Shown here piece after piece: positions 25,880 through 34,857 of a stretch of 44,111 nt of DNA. A program made the position numbers and the translations under genes. The stretch's first letter is position 1. Every line of letters begins with the position of its first letter. The notes beneath the pieces were generated by a model. It saw nothing but the letters and a program-made list of their open reading frames with translations, did no database searches and had not been told where the DNA came from. Source of the stretch: Candidatus Shapirobacteria bacterium (lineage in GTDB: Bacteria; Patescibacteriota; Microgenomatia; PFEM01; JBDRBL01). Location of the stretch: the NCBI GenBank assembly GCA_043822685.1, contig JBDRBL010000002.1, forward strand, positions 1-44,111. Reading direction: 5' to 3'.

Positions 25880-27238
25880 CTATTTAAAAATTTCTTTAGC
25901 AACTTCGATTATATCAGGTTTAGGTGATTTTACCAGCGATCTCTTCCCCAAGAGACACTTGACTTTGATCGAGTGGCCTAAAAGTTGAGCGGCGGCTTTT
26001 TCCACGATATCACGGCATTTAGCCGTGGTTAACTGCTCTTGATGAAATTTGTAAAAAACTTCCAAGGTTAGGCAGCCGTCTGCCAGCTCGAGCGGCCGGG
26101 CAGAACGGAGCAGGCCTTCGACCGAGTGATTTTGGGGATGAACGGCGGCCAAAAGATTATTCCAAAAACCGGCCGGCAATTCAGAACTTGAAAATATCGG
26201 AGGCTTCAAAGAATTTAGGGGCGGAGCAAGGGGAAAAACTGAAGGTCGGGAGACAGCTTGACAATAATCAACAACGGCAATTTCGAAGGGCAGAGAAGCA
26301 ATCGGAGAAATTTTAATTTGAGCGGCGAGGGGAAGGAAAAATTTGATCAGATCAAGGTTCTTAATTAAATCCTGACGAAGAAAATTGAGCAGGCGCAATA
26401 GGTAGTCGTTCAAGTCAGCCCCAATGTCCACCAAACGAGCAACTTCCTGCAGAGCTTTTTGAGTTTTTTTAAGTTTCAACAGTTCAATCAAGCGGGCGGG
26501 ATTGGTGCCTTCGCTTTGGCCCAAAAATTTTTGGGCAGAAACAAGGGTGATTTGGGGGCATTGGAGAGAAAGCTGTTCCAAAAATTTCTGGGCGTCACGA
26601 AAAGAACCGTCACAGCCGGCGGCAATCGCCGCTAAAACCCCCTCTTCAACTCTTAATTTTTCGGTTTTAATTACCTTAGTCAACGAGCGGATAATCTCAC
26701 TCTGACTGGCTTTGGAAAAATTAAAGCGCAAACACCGAGAAATTACCGTCTCGGGCAATTTCTGGGGATCGGTGGTACAAAGAACAAAAACAGCGTGGGG
26801 CGGTGGCTCTTCCAAAGTTTTGAGCAAGGCGTTAAAAGCCTCATTGGTCAGCATGTGAACCTCATCAATAATATAGACTTTGTAGCGATTTTTAACCGGA
26901 GAAAGGTTGATCTTCTCGCGCAGTTCCCGAATGTCATCAATCCCCCGATTCGAGGCGGCGTCAATCTCCAAAAGATCCAGATCTGTCCCGGCACTAATTG
27001 CCCGGCAGTTGGCACACCGGTTGCACGGCTCCCCTTCCCGCAAATCAAGACAGTTAACCGCTTTGGCCACCAAGCGCGCCGCCGAAGTCTTGCCAGTGCC
27101 TTTAGGGCCGGAAAACAAAAGGGCTTGGGGAAAGCGGCCGGAAGCAAAAACTTGGGTCAAACTGCTCCGAATGTCAGCTAAATCCAACTCCGCAAAAGTC
27201 TGGGGACGATACTTCCGATAAAAGGTTTTTGAGTCCAT
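25880..27238 (-). CDS. dnaX: DNA polymerase III gamma/tau
   Basis: YRKYRP, GPKGTGKT, EIDAASN, DEVHML and KTLEEPP motifs. Confidence 0.98.
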   Translation of the reverse strand: MDSKTFYRKYRPQTFAELDLADIRSSLTQVFASGRFPQALLFSGPKGTGKTSAARLVAKAVNCLDLREGEPCNRCANCRAISAGTDLDLLEIDAASNRGIDDIRELREKINLSPVKNRYKVYIIDEVHMLTNEAFNALLKTLEEPPPHAVFVLCTTDPQKLPETVISRCLRFNFSKASQSEIIRSLTKVIKTEKLRVEEGVLAAIAAGCDGSFRDAQKFLEQLSLQCPQITLVSAQKFLGQSEGTNPARLIELLKLKKTQKALQEVARLVDIGADLNDYLLRLLNFLRQDLIKNLDLIKFFLPLAAQIKISPIASLPFEIAVVDYCQAVSRPSVFPLAPPLNSLKPPIFSSSELPAGFWNNLLAAVHPQNHSVEGLLRSARPLELADGCLTLEVFYKFHQEQLTTAKCRDIVEKAAAQLLGHSIKVKCLLGKRSLVKSPKPDIIEVAKEIFK

Positions 27239-27440
27239 GATTTACTAAAGTCTTTAAGGTTAAATTCTGCTTTTTAGCTTCCTCCAAACAAATAACCACT
27301 TCGCCCAAACAGGCCCGATCACCGTAATAAAAAGACAAAACCGTCGGAATATAAGCTTTCTGACGATATTTGATATTTAATGCCTGCGCCTTTTTAGAGC
27401 TGACAAATACTAAGTTAATCGATTGCGAAAGGTTAGTCAA
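27174..27440 (-). CDS. ybeY: YbeY-like protein, degenerate
   Basis: LN..YR.K...PTVLSF...LGEVVIC.E.A...VNHGLKNLL; TTG start uncertain; overlaps the dnaX 5' end. Confidence 0.7.
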   Translation of the reverse strand: MTNLSQSINLVFVSSKKAQALNIKYRQKAYIPTVLSFYYGDRACLGEVVICLEEAKKQNLTLKTLVNHGLKNLLSEVSSPDFCGVGFS

Positions 27441-27738
27441 GGAGTGATTTGGTAATTGGCAAATAGGCAATCAAAATTTTTTGTTCAGCCAGTTCCTTGG
27501 CCGCTAATTCCGGCCGCTTGCCCTGTTGAAAGGCGGCAAAAGCTTCCTGGCGGCGTTTAACCTCCTTTTTGATAAGCGAGAAAAGTATTTCGTCCGTCAA
27601 CTCTTTTTTCTGCCCCCGCAACTCAATCTCCCGATTGTGAATTTCGGACAGCAAAAAACGCAAAACAAGAAGCCTCGCTTCATCCCGACTCTTAACCGCC
27701 GAAACGAGATCGGTTTTAATTCTGGCCAGAAGCATCAA
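27433..27738 (-). CDS. GatB/YqeY domain protein (short)
   Basis: IKTDLVSAVKSRD...KEVKRRQEA...GKRPELAAKELAE..IL.AYLP. Confidence 0.88.
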   Translation of the reverse strand: MMLLARIKTDLVSAVKSRDEARLLVLRFLLSEIHNREIELRGQKKELTDEILFSLIKKEVKRRQEAFAAFQQGKRPELAAKELAEQKILIAYLPITKSLLD

Positions 27739-27920
27739 TTTTGCCTCCGCTGGCCACGCTTGGCCATTTTCATGCGTAATTGCCGCTTTTCCGAAGGTTT
27801 CAGATAATGCTCTTTATCTTTAAGATCGGCCAAAATATCATCGGCTAAAACCTTTTTACGGAACTTGGCAATCAATCTGTCATCGCTATCACCCGGACCC
27901 TTGCGAACTATCGTCGCCAT
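27735..27920 (-). CDS. rpsU: 30S ribosomal protein S21
   Basis: D.LIAKFRKKV....ILADLKDKEHYLKPSEKR; adjacent to yqeY. Confidence 0.9.
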   Translation of the reverse strand: MATIVRKGPGDSDDRLIAKFRKKVLADDILADLKDKEHYLKPSEKRQLRMKMAKRGQRRQN

Positions 27921-28788
27921 TAAACTGCACCTCCTTTTCAGCCAAAGGCTGATTTCTTATTATAGCAATTATCTCTTCTAAGCTCAACCGCGTGGGCCGA
28001 AAAGCAGGATTGAGCGAAGTATGATTAAGAAGCAGCTTGTGACTTGGGTGAAGATACCAATCGGAGTCGGGATCGGCCTTTTTAATTAAGGTCAAAACGG
28101 GGGCCAAATCAACTTTTGAATCCGGTCGGGCCGCCATCCGCACCGAACCGTCTTGGGGAGTTTTTTTAACCGCCAAAACATAATTCTGTTTTTCCGCTTC
28201 CCACAAAAACTGTTCATTGGCGGTTTCACAGCAAACTGCCTGACCCCACGGGGTGGAAAAAAAAACCGCCTTGCTGACCAACTCTTCTTTGGCTCGCCAA
28301 ATACTTTTTAAACTTAGCCAAATCGCTTCCAGAGCGCGAAAACCAAATTCCACCACCGGCTGATCTTTTTCACCCAAACCTTTCAGGCCGCCCAAAATCT
28401 GATGAAGGTAAAAACAATCCCGAGCCTCACTTTTTTCTGACCAATTCAGGTCTTGAGCATTATCAATCTGGCGAATCACTTCGACCAATTGAGTTATCGC
28501 CCCGTCGCCAATCAAATCCAAGGGCTCGCCCTGACGTTTGATCGTAATAAAATCCCAGCACTTCTTGGCCGCACAAGTCGAAGGATCGTTTTGCCGATGA
28601 TGATCCAAGGGGCCGCCGCCAACATCAACATAAAGAATTTCCCCTTCAATATCAAGCGCTTGGGAGGTATTTTTAGCCTCAACAAAAGCAATTTCTGCCC
28701 CGGCCCAGCCCGGTAAAAAACGCTTGATCAGCCAGCAGGAAGCAATCGCGTCCAGATCAGGATTAAGATGGGTGATAATTTTTTTCAC
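27889..28788 (-). CDS. DHH/MYG1-like phosphoesterase-fold protein
   Basis: THLNPDLDA...VDVGGG.LDHH motifs. Confidence 0.7.
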   Translation of the reverse strand: MKKIITHLNPDLDAIASCWLIKRFLPGWAGAEIAFVEAKNTSQALDIEGEILYVDVGGGPLDHHRQNDPSTCAAKKCWDFITIKRQGEPLDLIGDGAITQLVEVIRQIDNAQDLNWSEKSEARDCFYLHQILGGLKGLGEKDQPVVEFGFRALEAIWLSLKSIWRAKEELVSKAVFFSTPWGQAVCCETANEQFLWEAEKQNYVLAVKKTPQDGSVRMAARPDSKVDLAPVLTLIKKADPDSDWYLHPSHKLLLNHTSLNPAFRPTRLSLEEIIAIIRNQPLAEKEVQFNGDDSSQGSG

Positions 28789-30470
28789 CTTTTTCGTAAA
28801 CGTTTGACAACTTCCGCGGGTGAAATTAATTCATTTTTGTCTTGATTGCGTTCTTTCCATTCAATCTTGTCACCAGTTTTGACTGAAACGACCAAGCGAA
28901 CGGGCAAACCGATTAAATCGGCGTTGGCGAATTTTTCGCCGGCGGAAACATCTTCCCGGTCATCCCACAAAACCTCAATGCCCATTTTGCTCAACTCTTC
29001 ATAAGATTTCCCGCCTAAGGCGGATTCGTCTTTGGCGGAAACTTCTATCAGATGTGCCTGATAAGGCGCAATTGCCTTTGGCCAAATAATCCCCTTTTCA
29101 TCATGATGAGCTTCAACCACAATTGCCATCGCTCGACCGACACCAATACCAAAAGCGCCCATTTGCAAAAACTTTTGCTGACCGTCTTTGTCGGTAAAAA
29201 CCCCCTTCATCGCCTTGGTATAAAAATCGTCATATTTAAAAATGTGGCCAAATTCTATTCCCCGTTGAGTCTTCAACTGGTGCTTTTGACATTTGGCGCA
29301 CAAATATCCCCCCTTCGCTTCGGCAATATCCGCCAGAATCGCGCATTCAAAATCGCGGCCGTAATTAACATTGAGGGCATCAGTGGCCTTTTCTTTCTGC
29401 CCGCCGATAAAATTCTTAACCGTAGTTAAAGACAAATCGCCGACATATTCGGCCTGATGCCCCCAGCTGTGCACCCAGCCCGTTTTTGTCCCGATCTTTT
29501 TCAGGTCGGCTTCCTCCGCCGGCTGCAGCTCGCCCCGGCCGACAACCTTGGTCAATTTGGCCAAATTAATATCCAAATCGCCTCTCACCACGGCAATAAT
29601 AATTTTCCCCTTGATCGTTTTATAAACGACGTTTTTTAAAAAGCGTGATTCGGGCAGGCGATAATGCTTCACATTATCCGCCATCGTTTCCACCCACTCC
29701 GGTTGATCAACTATTTTTAAAGGCAGAATTTCATCTTGAAAATTGATCTGATCGCGGACAAACTCCGCTTTTTCCCTGTTGGCGGCATAACCGCAGGAAC
29801 AGGCCAAAATAAAATCTTCACCTTGATCGCAAAGAAAGATAAATTCATGACAAAAATCACCCCCCAAAGCGCCCGAATCAGCCTCAACTGAAACCACCTC
29901 AATCTCCAAGCGCTGGGCAATTTTTTCGTAAGCACGATATTGATCCTGGTAAGTTTTCAGAAAGCTTTTTTCATCGGCGGTAAAAGAATAAGCATCTTTC
30001 ATTAAAAATTCACGGGCACGAATCAAGCCGCCGCGAACTCGCAATTCATCTCGAAATTTGTTAGAAAATTGGTGAATAACAATCGGCAGATCCCGCCAGG
30101 AAGGCGAAAATTTTTTGACGAACTCGACCATCACCGCTTCGGCCGTCGCGCCGACGGCAAATTTAGCTCCCCGCCGATCAGTCACTTGCGTCAAACCCGC
30201 CCCAAAAGCCTCGTCCCGATGAGTTGCCTGCCAAAGTTCTAGGGGATGAAAAGTGGGAACCGTAACCCGCTGGGAGCCAATCGCCGCCATCTCTTCATCA
30301 ATAATTTGAATTATTTTTTGCTCAACCCGTTCGCCCAACGGCGTCAACATCAAGCGTCCGGCACATAAATCGCGCACAAAACCGGCCCGATAAAGTAATT
30401 TGTGACTTGCCAAAAGCGCACCCTTGGGCGCCTCGCGGACCGTTTTGCCAAAAAGTTTCGAATACAGCAC
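28785..30470 (-). CDS. proS: Prolyl-tRNA synthetase with editing domain
   Basis: KFRDELRVRGGLIRAREF, GIEFGHIF, GIGVGR and KFANADLIG motifs; GTG start 7 nt after TGtTATAAT. Confidence 0.98.
   Translation of the reverse strand: MLYSKLFGKTVREAPKGALLASHKLLYRAGFVRDLCAGRLMLTPLGERVEQKIIQIIDEEMAAIGSQRVTVPTFHPLELWQATHRDEAFGAGLTQVTDRRGAKFAVGATAEAVMVEFVKKFSPSWRDLPIVIHQFSNKFRDELRVRGGLIRAREFLMKDAYSFTADEKSFLKTYQDQYRAYEKIAQRLEIEVVSVEADSGALGGDFCHEFIFLCDQGEDFILACSCGYAANREKAEFVRDQINFQDEILPLKIVDQPEWVETMADNVKHYRLPESRFLKNVVYKTIKGKIIIAVVRGDLDINLAKLTKVVGRGELQPAEEADLKKIGTKTGWVHSWGHQAEYVGDLSLTTVKNFIGGQKEKATDALNVNYGRDFECAILADIAEAKGGYLCAKCQKHQLKTQRGIEFGHIFKYDDFYTKAMKGVFTDKDGQQKFLQMGAFGIGVGRAMAIVVEAHHDEKGIIWPKAIAPYQAHLIEVSAKDESALGGKSYEELSKMGIEVLWDDREDVSAGEKFANADLIGLPVRLVVSVKTGDKIEWKERNQDKNELISPAEVVKRLRKR
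29010..29039 (-). repeat. 30-bp palindromic (REP-like) in-frame insert in proS
   Basis: TCCGCCAAAGACGAATCCGCCTTAGGCGGG encodes SAKDESALGG; CCGCC-NNN-GGCGG hairpin. Confidence 0.65.
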
Positions 30471-30490
30471 GAAGATATTATAACAAAAAA

Positions 30491-30727
30491 TTAGGCGATT
30501 TGGGCGATACGCAGAGTTCGCCACTCAATTCCTCTTCCTACTCGGGGCGGCGGCCGGCGGACAAGTCTCGCCCCTGCCCTGCGTCCAGCGGCACGATCTA
30601 TTGCCAGCAAAGTCTGGGAGCTAAAGGCGGGACACCCTCCCGCCTGACCACAGGCAGGAACGGGAATCCAAGTCCTCCCTTCCCCGTTGACAAAAGAAAA
30701 ATCTCCGCACCCCTTTCTTTCACACAT
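30491..30727 (-). CDS. Small Cys/Arg-rich hypothetical protein (or structured RNA)
   Basis: TATAAT and AAGGA directly before the ATG; fills the rseP-proS gap; GC-rich with several hairpins. Confidence 0.4.
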   Translation of the reverse strand: MCERKGCGDFSFVNGEGRTWIPVPACGQAGGCPAFSSQTLLAIDRAAGRRAGARLVRRPPPRVGRGIEWRTLRIAQIA

Positions 30728-30774
30728 TGTCCTTTTATTATAGGGTATCTACCTTCAAAAATCAAATTTTAAGA

Positions 30775-31875
30775 TCAAAATGGCCAGAGGGAGCGAAATT
30801 GACTGCTCAATTGCTGGCCGAAAGCGGTCGTTGAAAACAACCGAGAAACGTCGCCAATCGTTACCAGCATAATCAAAAATAACAAAGTCGCCATGCCGGC
30901 GGTATTCACCCAGCGCTCCACTCCCGACCGCGGCCGCCGCCGCGTCACCAGCTCATAAATCAGAAACACCAATCTTCCCCCATCCAAAGCGGGAAAAGGC
31001 AAAATATTAATCACCGCCAAATTAACCGACAAAATCCCCATAAACTGCGCCACGGCGAGCCAGCCGGTTTTAGCCACACCGGAGGTGATCTGCAGAATAC
31101 CCAAAGGGCCGGCGACATCTTTGGGTACACGGCCAAGAGTAAATAACTCCAAAAACATCTTGCCCAAAGAAGCGAGAATTAATTGGCCCCAACCGACCGC
31201 CTCTTTGAAGCCCTCGGCAATGCCCAAGGGAATCATCTGATAGAAGGGGTAATGTTTCATTTCAAGAGAAGAAATGACTACCCCCAGCGGACCCTCGCCG
31301 GCCGGCGCCTCCTGTCGAGGAGTAATTTTAACCGCTTGGCCGTCAACTTCCAAAACAACTTCCCGGCCCAATTTTCCCCGAGTCAGATCAATAAAATCGT
31401 CCGTGTTTTTAACGGCAACACCGTCAAGGGCGGTAATCCGCTGATCCACCTTCAGACCGGCCTGATCGGCGGGTGAACCGGGCACAACCCCAACAATATT
31501 AACCTTGGTGGTTTTAACCGGCAGGCCCGTTACCGAATAGACGGCGGCAAAAACGAAAATCGCCAGCAGGAAATTCATGGTCACACCGGCAAAAATAACG
31601 CTGGCACGAGCCTTTTTGGATTGCGCCCAAAAAGAAGCCCGAGCTTGAGTATTTAAATTATCTTCACCATAAAGACGGACAAAACCGCCCAGTGGCAACA
31701 AATTCAAAGAATATTCTGTCCCCCCGATTTTACGGGCAAAAATTCTGGGTGGATAACCAACCCCAAATTCTTCCACTTTAATCCCGGCTTTTTTCGCCGC
31801 CAGAAAATGACCGCCCTCATGAACGAGAACAAGCACCGATAAAACAAGGAGAAAAGTGATTACGGTTAACAACAT
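30775..31875 (-). CDS. rseP: Site-2 protease RseP (M50, PDZ)
   Basis: HEGGH, PLGGFVRL, PDZ and NILPFPALDGG motifs. Confidence 0.96.
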   Translation of the reverse strand: MLLTVITFLLVLSVLVLVHEGGHFLAAKKAGIKVEEFGVGYPPRIFARKIGGTEYSLNLLPLGGFVRLYGEDNLNTQARASFWAQSKKARASVIFAGVTMNFLLAIFVFAAVYSVTGLPVKTTKVNIVGVVPGSPADQAGLKVDQRITALDGVAVKNTDDFIDLTRGKLGREVVLEVDGQAVKITPRQEAPAGEGPLGVVISSLEMKHYPFYQMIPLGIAEGFKEAVGWGQLILASLGKMFLELFTLGRVPKDVAGPLGILQITSGVAKTGWLAVAQFMGILSVNLAVINILPFPALDGGRLVFLIYELVTRRRPRSGVERWVNTAGMATLLFLIMLVTIGDVSRLFSTTAFGQQLSSQFRSLWPF

Positions 31876-31877
31876 TT

Positions 31878-32426
31878 TTAAAGTGACAAGAGCTCTGTTT
31901 CTTTCGCTTTCCCCATCTCTCCAATCTTCTGGTTATAATCATCAGTCAATTTTTGCACATCACTTTCCGCTTTTTTCTTTTCATCCTGATTAAGAGTTTT
32001 ATTTTCACTCTCCGCTTTAATCTGGTGCATCTTGTCGGCGCGAACTTGCCGGATCATTATCCGGGCTGATTCCAGTTTCCGGCGCAAAATTTTAACCAGT
32101 TCCTCTCTTCGCTCGGCCGTCAAAGGCGGCAAAACAAGTCGAATAACATTATTTTCATCAATTTGAGGTGAGAGATGCAGTTCCTGATGCAGAGAAAGAG
32201 CCCTGACAATGTTTTTAAGGATACCCGGATCAAAAGGGCTGACGGCGAGTTGATTGGCTTCGGGAGTGGAAATCGTCGCCAGCTCCATCAGCGGCATCTT
32301 GGTATCGTAGGCCTCAACTACCAGCTTCTCAATCAAAGAAGAACTGGCCCGCCCGGCATGCAGGGTGTTCAGGTCCTGACGCAGAAGGACCAGCACCTGC
32401 TCCATATTATTCTTAACCGCATCCAT
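31878..32426 (-). CDS. frr: Ribosome recycling factor
   Basis: AGRAS, PPLTAERREEL and VQKLTD motifs. Confidence 0.97.
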   Translation of the reverse strand: MDAVKNNMEQVLVLLRQDLNTLHAGRASSSLIEKLVVEAYDTKMPLMELATISTPEANQLAVSPFDPGILKNIVRALSLHQELHLSPQIDENNVIRLVLPPLTAERREELVKILRRKLESARIMIRQVRADKMHQIKAESENKTLNQDEKKKAESDVQKLTDDYNQKIGEMGKAKETELLSL

Positions 32427-32437
32427 TAAAATTTATT

Positions 32438-32899
32438 TTAATCGCCAATCTGCCAGCGCGCAAGCCGGCCAATTCGCACGTTCTCGCCGGTTTTACCCGC
32501 CAAGTCACTCATCAGATCTTGAATCGTTTGGCTGGCATCGCGAATATAAGGCTGTTTTAAAAGCTCGTCTTTGTTTTGGGGAAACATGGCGGCCATCTGC
32601 AGAGCAATTTCGTGAGCCGTTCGCCGAAAGTCCTCGGTCCGCGCCACAAAATCCGTCTCACACAAAAGCTCAACCAGACTAACGATTTTGCCGTCAGCAT
32701 GGGAATAAGTCTCAATAAAACCCTGACTGGTCTCGCGGCCGGCGCGTTTGCCGGCACGCTGAAAGCCCTTTTGCCGCAGCCATTTTTTAGCTTTTTCGTT
32801 GTCGCCCTCTGAATCCTGCAGGGCGCGGCGGCAGTCCATTACGCCCGCGCCGGTTTGGGAGCGAAGATCTTTAATCTGGTCAAGATTGGGCTTTTTCAT
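32438..32899 (-). CDS. tsf: Elongation factor Ts (short form)
   Basis: IKDLRSQTGAGVMDCRRAL and ELLCETDFVAR motifs. Confidence 0.97.
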   Translation of the reverse strand: MKKPNLDQIKDLRSQTGAGVMDCRRALQDSEGDNEKAKKWLRQKGFQRAGKRAGRETSQGFIETYSHADGKIVSLVELLCETDFVARTEDFRRTAHEIALQMAAMFPQNKDELLKQPYIRDASQTIQDLMSDLAGKTGENVRIGRLARWQIGD

Positions 32900-33593
32900 T
32901 TTTCTTTTCCCATGCCTCCCGACCGGCTTTGGCGGCGGCGGCGACAGCACCGACAATCAGCTTAATCGCGCTAACCGCATCATCGTTGGCCGGAATAACA
33001 TAATCAACCAAACCGGGGTCAACATTGGTATCAACAATCGCCACCACGCCTACTCCCTTGGTCCGAGCTTCCCGAACCGCCGCTAGGTCTTTCTTCACAT
33101 CAACCACAAAAATCGCCTCGGGCGGCTGTTTTAAACCGGTCAAGCCGCCAATGCGCCGATCGAGCCGAACAATCTCCTGATCAAACTGCGACTGCTCTTT
33201 TTTGGTGTAGGCTTTAAACTCTCCCGCTTCGCGTTTTTGCGTCATCTCGGCCAATTTATCAAGACTTTTTTTGATCTGTGACCAATTGGAGATCGTTCCG
33301 CCCAGCCAACGGTTGGAAACACAGGGAAAGCCGGCTTTTTTCGCCTCCTCAACAATAATCGCCTGCGCCTGACGCTTGGTACCGATAAAAACGAGGGTCC
33401 CGCCTTCACCGGTAATCTTCTCAACGTATCGACAAGCTTCCTCCAGCCCTTCCTTGGTTTTAACCAAGTCAAAAATATGAACCCCGTCGCGAGCGGCATA
33501 AATATAAGGTTTCATCTTGGGGTGCCAGCGCTTGGTTTGGTGACCAAAATGGGCTCCGACCTCCAACAATTTTTCCAAAGAAATATCTTTCAT
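32880..33593 (-). CDS. rpsB: 30S ribosomal protein S2
   Basis: GAHFGH..RWHPKM, RWLGG, DTNVDP and PANDD motifs. Confidence 0.99.
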   Translation of the reverse strand: MKDISLEKLLEVGAHFGHQTKRWHPKMKPYIYAARDGVHIFDLVKTKEGLEEACRYVEKITGEGGTLVFIGTKRQAQAIIVEEAKKAGFPCVSNRWLGGTISNWSQIKKSLDKLAEMTQKREAGEFKAYTKKEQSQFDQEIVRLDRRIGGLTGLKQPPEAIFVVDVKKDLAAVREARTKGVGVVAIVDTNVDPGLVDYVIPANDDAVSAIKLIVGAVAAAAKAGREAWEKKNEKAQS

Positions 33594-33644
33594 TAGTGAG
33601 GGCATTCTAACAAACTTTTGGTTAATTGACAAGGAAGAGGTCGT

Positions 33645-34775
33645 TTAAATTTGATCCTCTTGATATTGATCAAGATAATGATTTGCCGCTTCTGTCCAAG
33701 CTCCATGACGGAATTCTGCCTCCCAGTCATAAAAACGATTAAAAGCCGCCAGCTTTACTTGTCGCCAAATTTCCGGCTGTTCTTCCCTAAGCTGATGTTG
33801 AAGTAAGTCTCCTAAATAACCAAGCGTCCAGCCATCTTTTTTTTCATTAAAATATAACAAGCCCTTTCTTCTTAAGAAGATAATCACCCTTTCCAAAGAA
33901 CAAGATTCGGGAATATCACCTAACGGTTCAACAGCGAGACCTGGAACTTGGTTGATTTCTTCAAATTCACGCAAACCAACGTCCCAAACCGAAATCAATT
34001 TTAATAACGGCAGCCATCGCTCTCTTTCTTCCAATGAAAAAACCTCTGTCAAACGCTCCTCAATAACTTTTAGACGTTGAACCGAAGAAAGAGGAAAAGC
34101 GGGTAATGGCCACTCAGTTGTATGAAGACGCAACTCGGGATTAATCGAAGAAGGATATCTTGATCCTCGAGCCAAAACAAGAAAAAGACCCGGAACACCA
34201 GCTAGGTGATTTAAAAAATAACGGTCCAACTTTTCCGCCGCTTTCCAACTCTCGGGATTGGGGAGAGGTTCTCCCAAATCCGCTAGGAGAAGCAATGGTT
34301 GATCTGTTTTTTCAAGAGTCCTCCCTGCTAATTGTCGAACACCCACTTCCACCCAACAACCAAGTTCGTCCAAAGAAGCTTCCATTCCCAAACCCAAGGT
34401 CCCTATTGGAATCCCCCCCATATATGCCGCGGCCTGCCAACTGGTCTTCAAAATCATGGCCCGAGCACGGCCAGCATTTCCATCGCAAACCTCCTCCAAA
34501 ACCGAAGGCACAACACCTTGAGGAATAATCAGGGGATCAAAAGAGGTGCCCGAAACCACCCCAACAACTGTCCGCCCTTGCTGTCGCAATTCCCCTGCCA
34601 ATTGTTCTAGAAAAGTTGATTTACCCAAACCTTTCTCGCCAACAATCGTTAGGGCCGCTTGGCCTTGGTTTATCCCCCGATTGACTAAATCAATCGCAAC
34701 CTCAAGTTCTTCGGGGCGTTCAATCAAATTAAATACCGTTCTTCCTTCTATTGCGGTTCCAATTTCTCTTGTCAT
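33645..34775 (-). CDS. P-loop NTPase-like hypothetical protein
   Basis: R.EEL upstream of Walker A GEKGLGKST; weak Walker B (LLLLAD). Confidence 0.7.
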   Translation of the reverse strand: MTREIGTAIEGRTVFNLIERPEELEVAIDLVNRGINQGQAALTIVGEKGLGKSTFLEQLAGELRQQGRTVVGVVSGTSFDPLIIPQGVVPSVLEEVCDGNAGRARAMILKTSWQAAAYMGGIPIGTLGLGMEASLDELGCWVEVGVRQLAGRTLEKTDQPLLLLADLGEPLPNPESWKAAEKLDRYFLNHLAGVPGLFLVLARGSRYPSSINPELRLHTTEWPLPAFPLSSVQRLKVIEERLTEVFSLEERERWLPLLKLISVWDVGLREFEEINQVPGLAVEPLGDIPESCSLERVIIFLRRKGLLYFNEKKDGWTLGYLGDLLQHQLREEQPEIWRQVKLAAFNRFYDWEAEFRHGAWTEAANHYLDQYQEDQI

Positions 34776-34821
34776 CTACTCATCTTATAGCTTAAGCCTT
34801 CCCATTTATCTTGACTCGCTT

Positions 34822-34850
34822 TTGACAATTGGCCGAGTCGTTGATATACT
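34822..34850 (+). promoter_or_regulatory. sigma70 promoter (leaderless-type)
   Basis: TTGACA-17 bp-TATACT, ATG 7 nt later. Confidence 0.8.
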
Positions 34851-34857
34851 ATAGGGT

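Noticed and set aside
30491-30730. T-box riboswitch, RNase P RNA or tmRNA upstream of proS
   Set aside because: No GGTGGNACCGCG, GAGGAAAGTCC or tRNA-like ends were found, and proS has its own -10 directly before the start.
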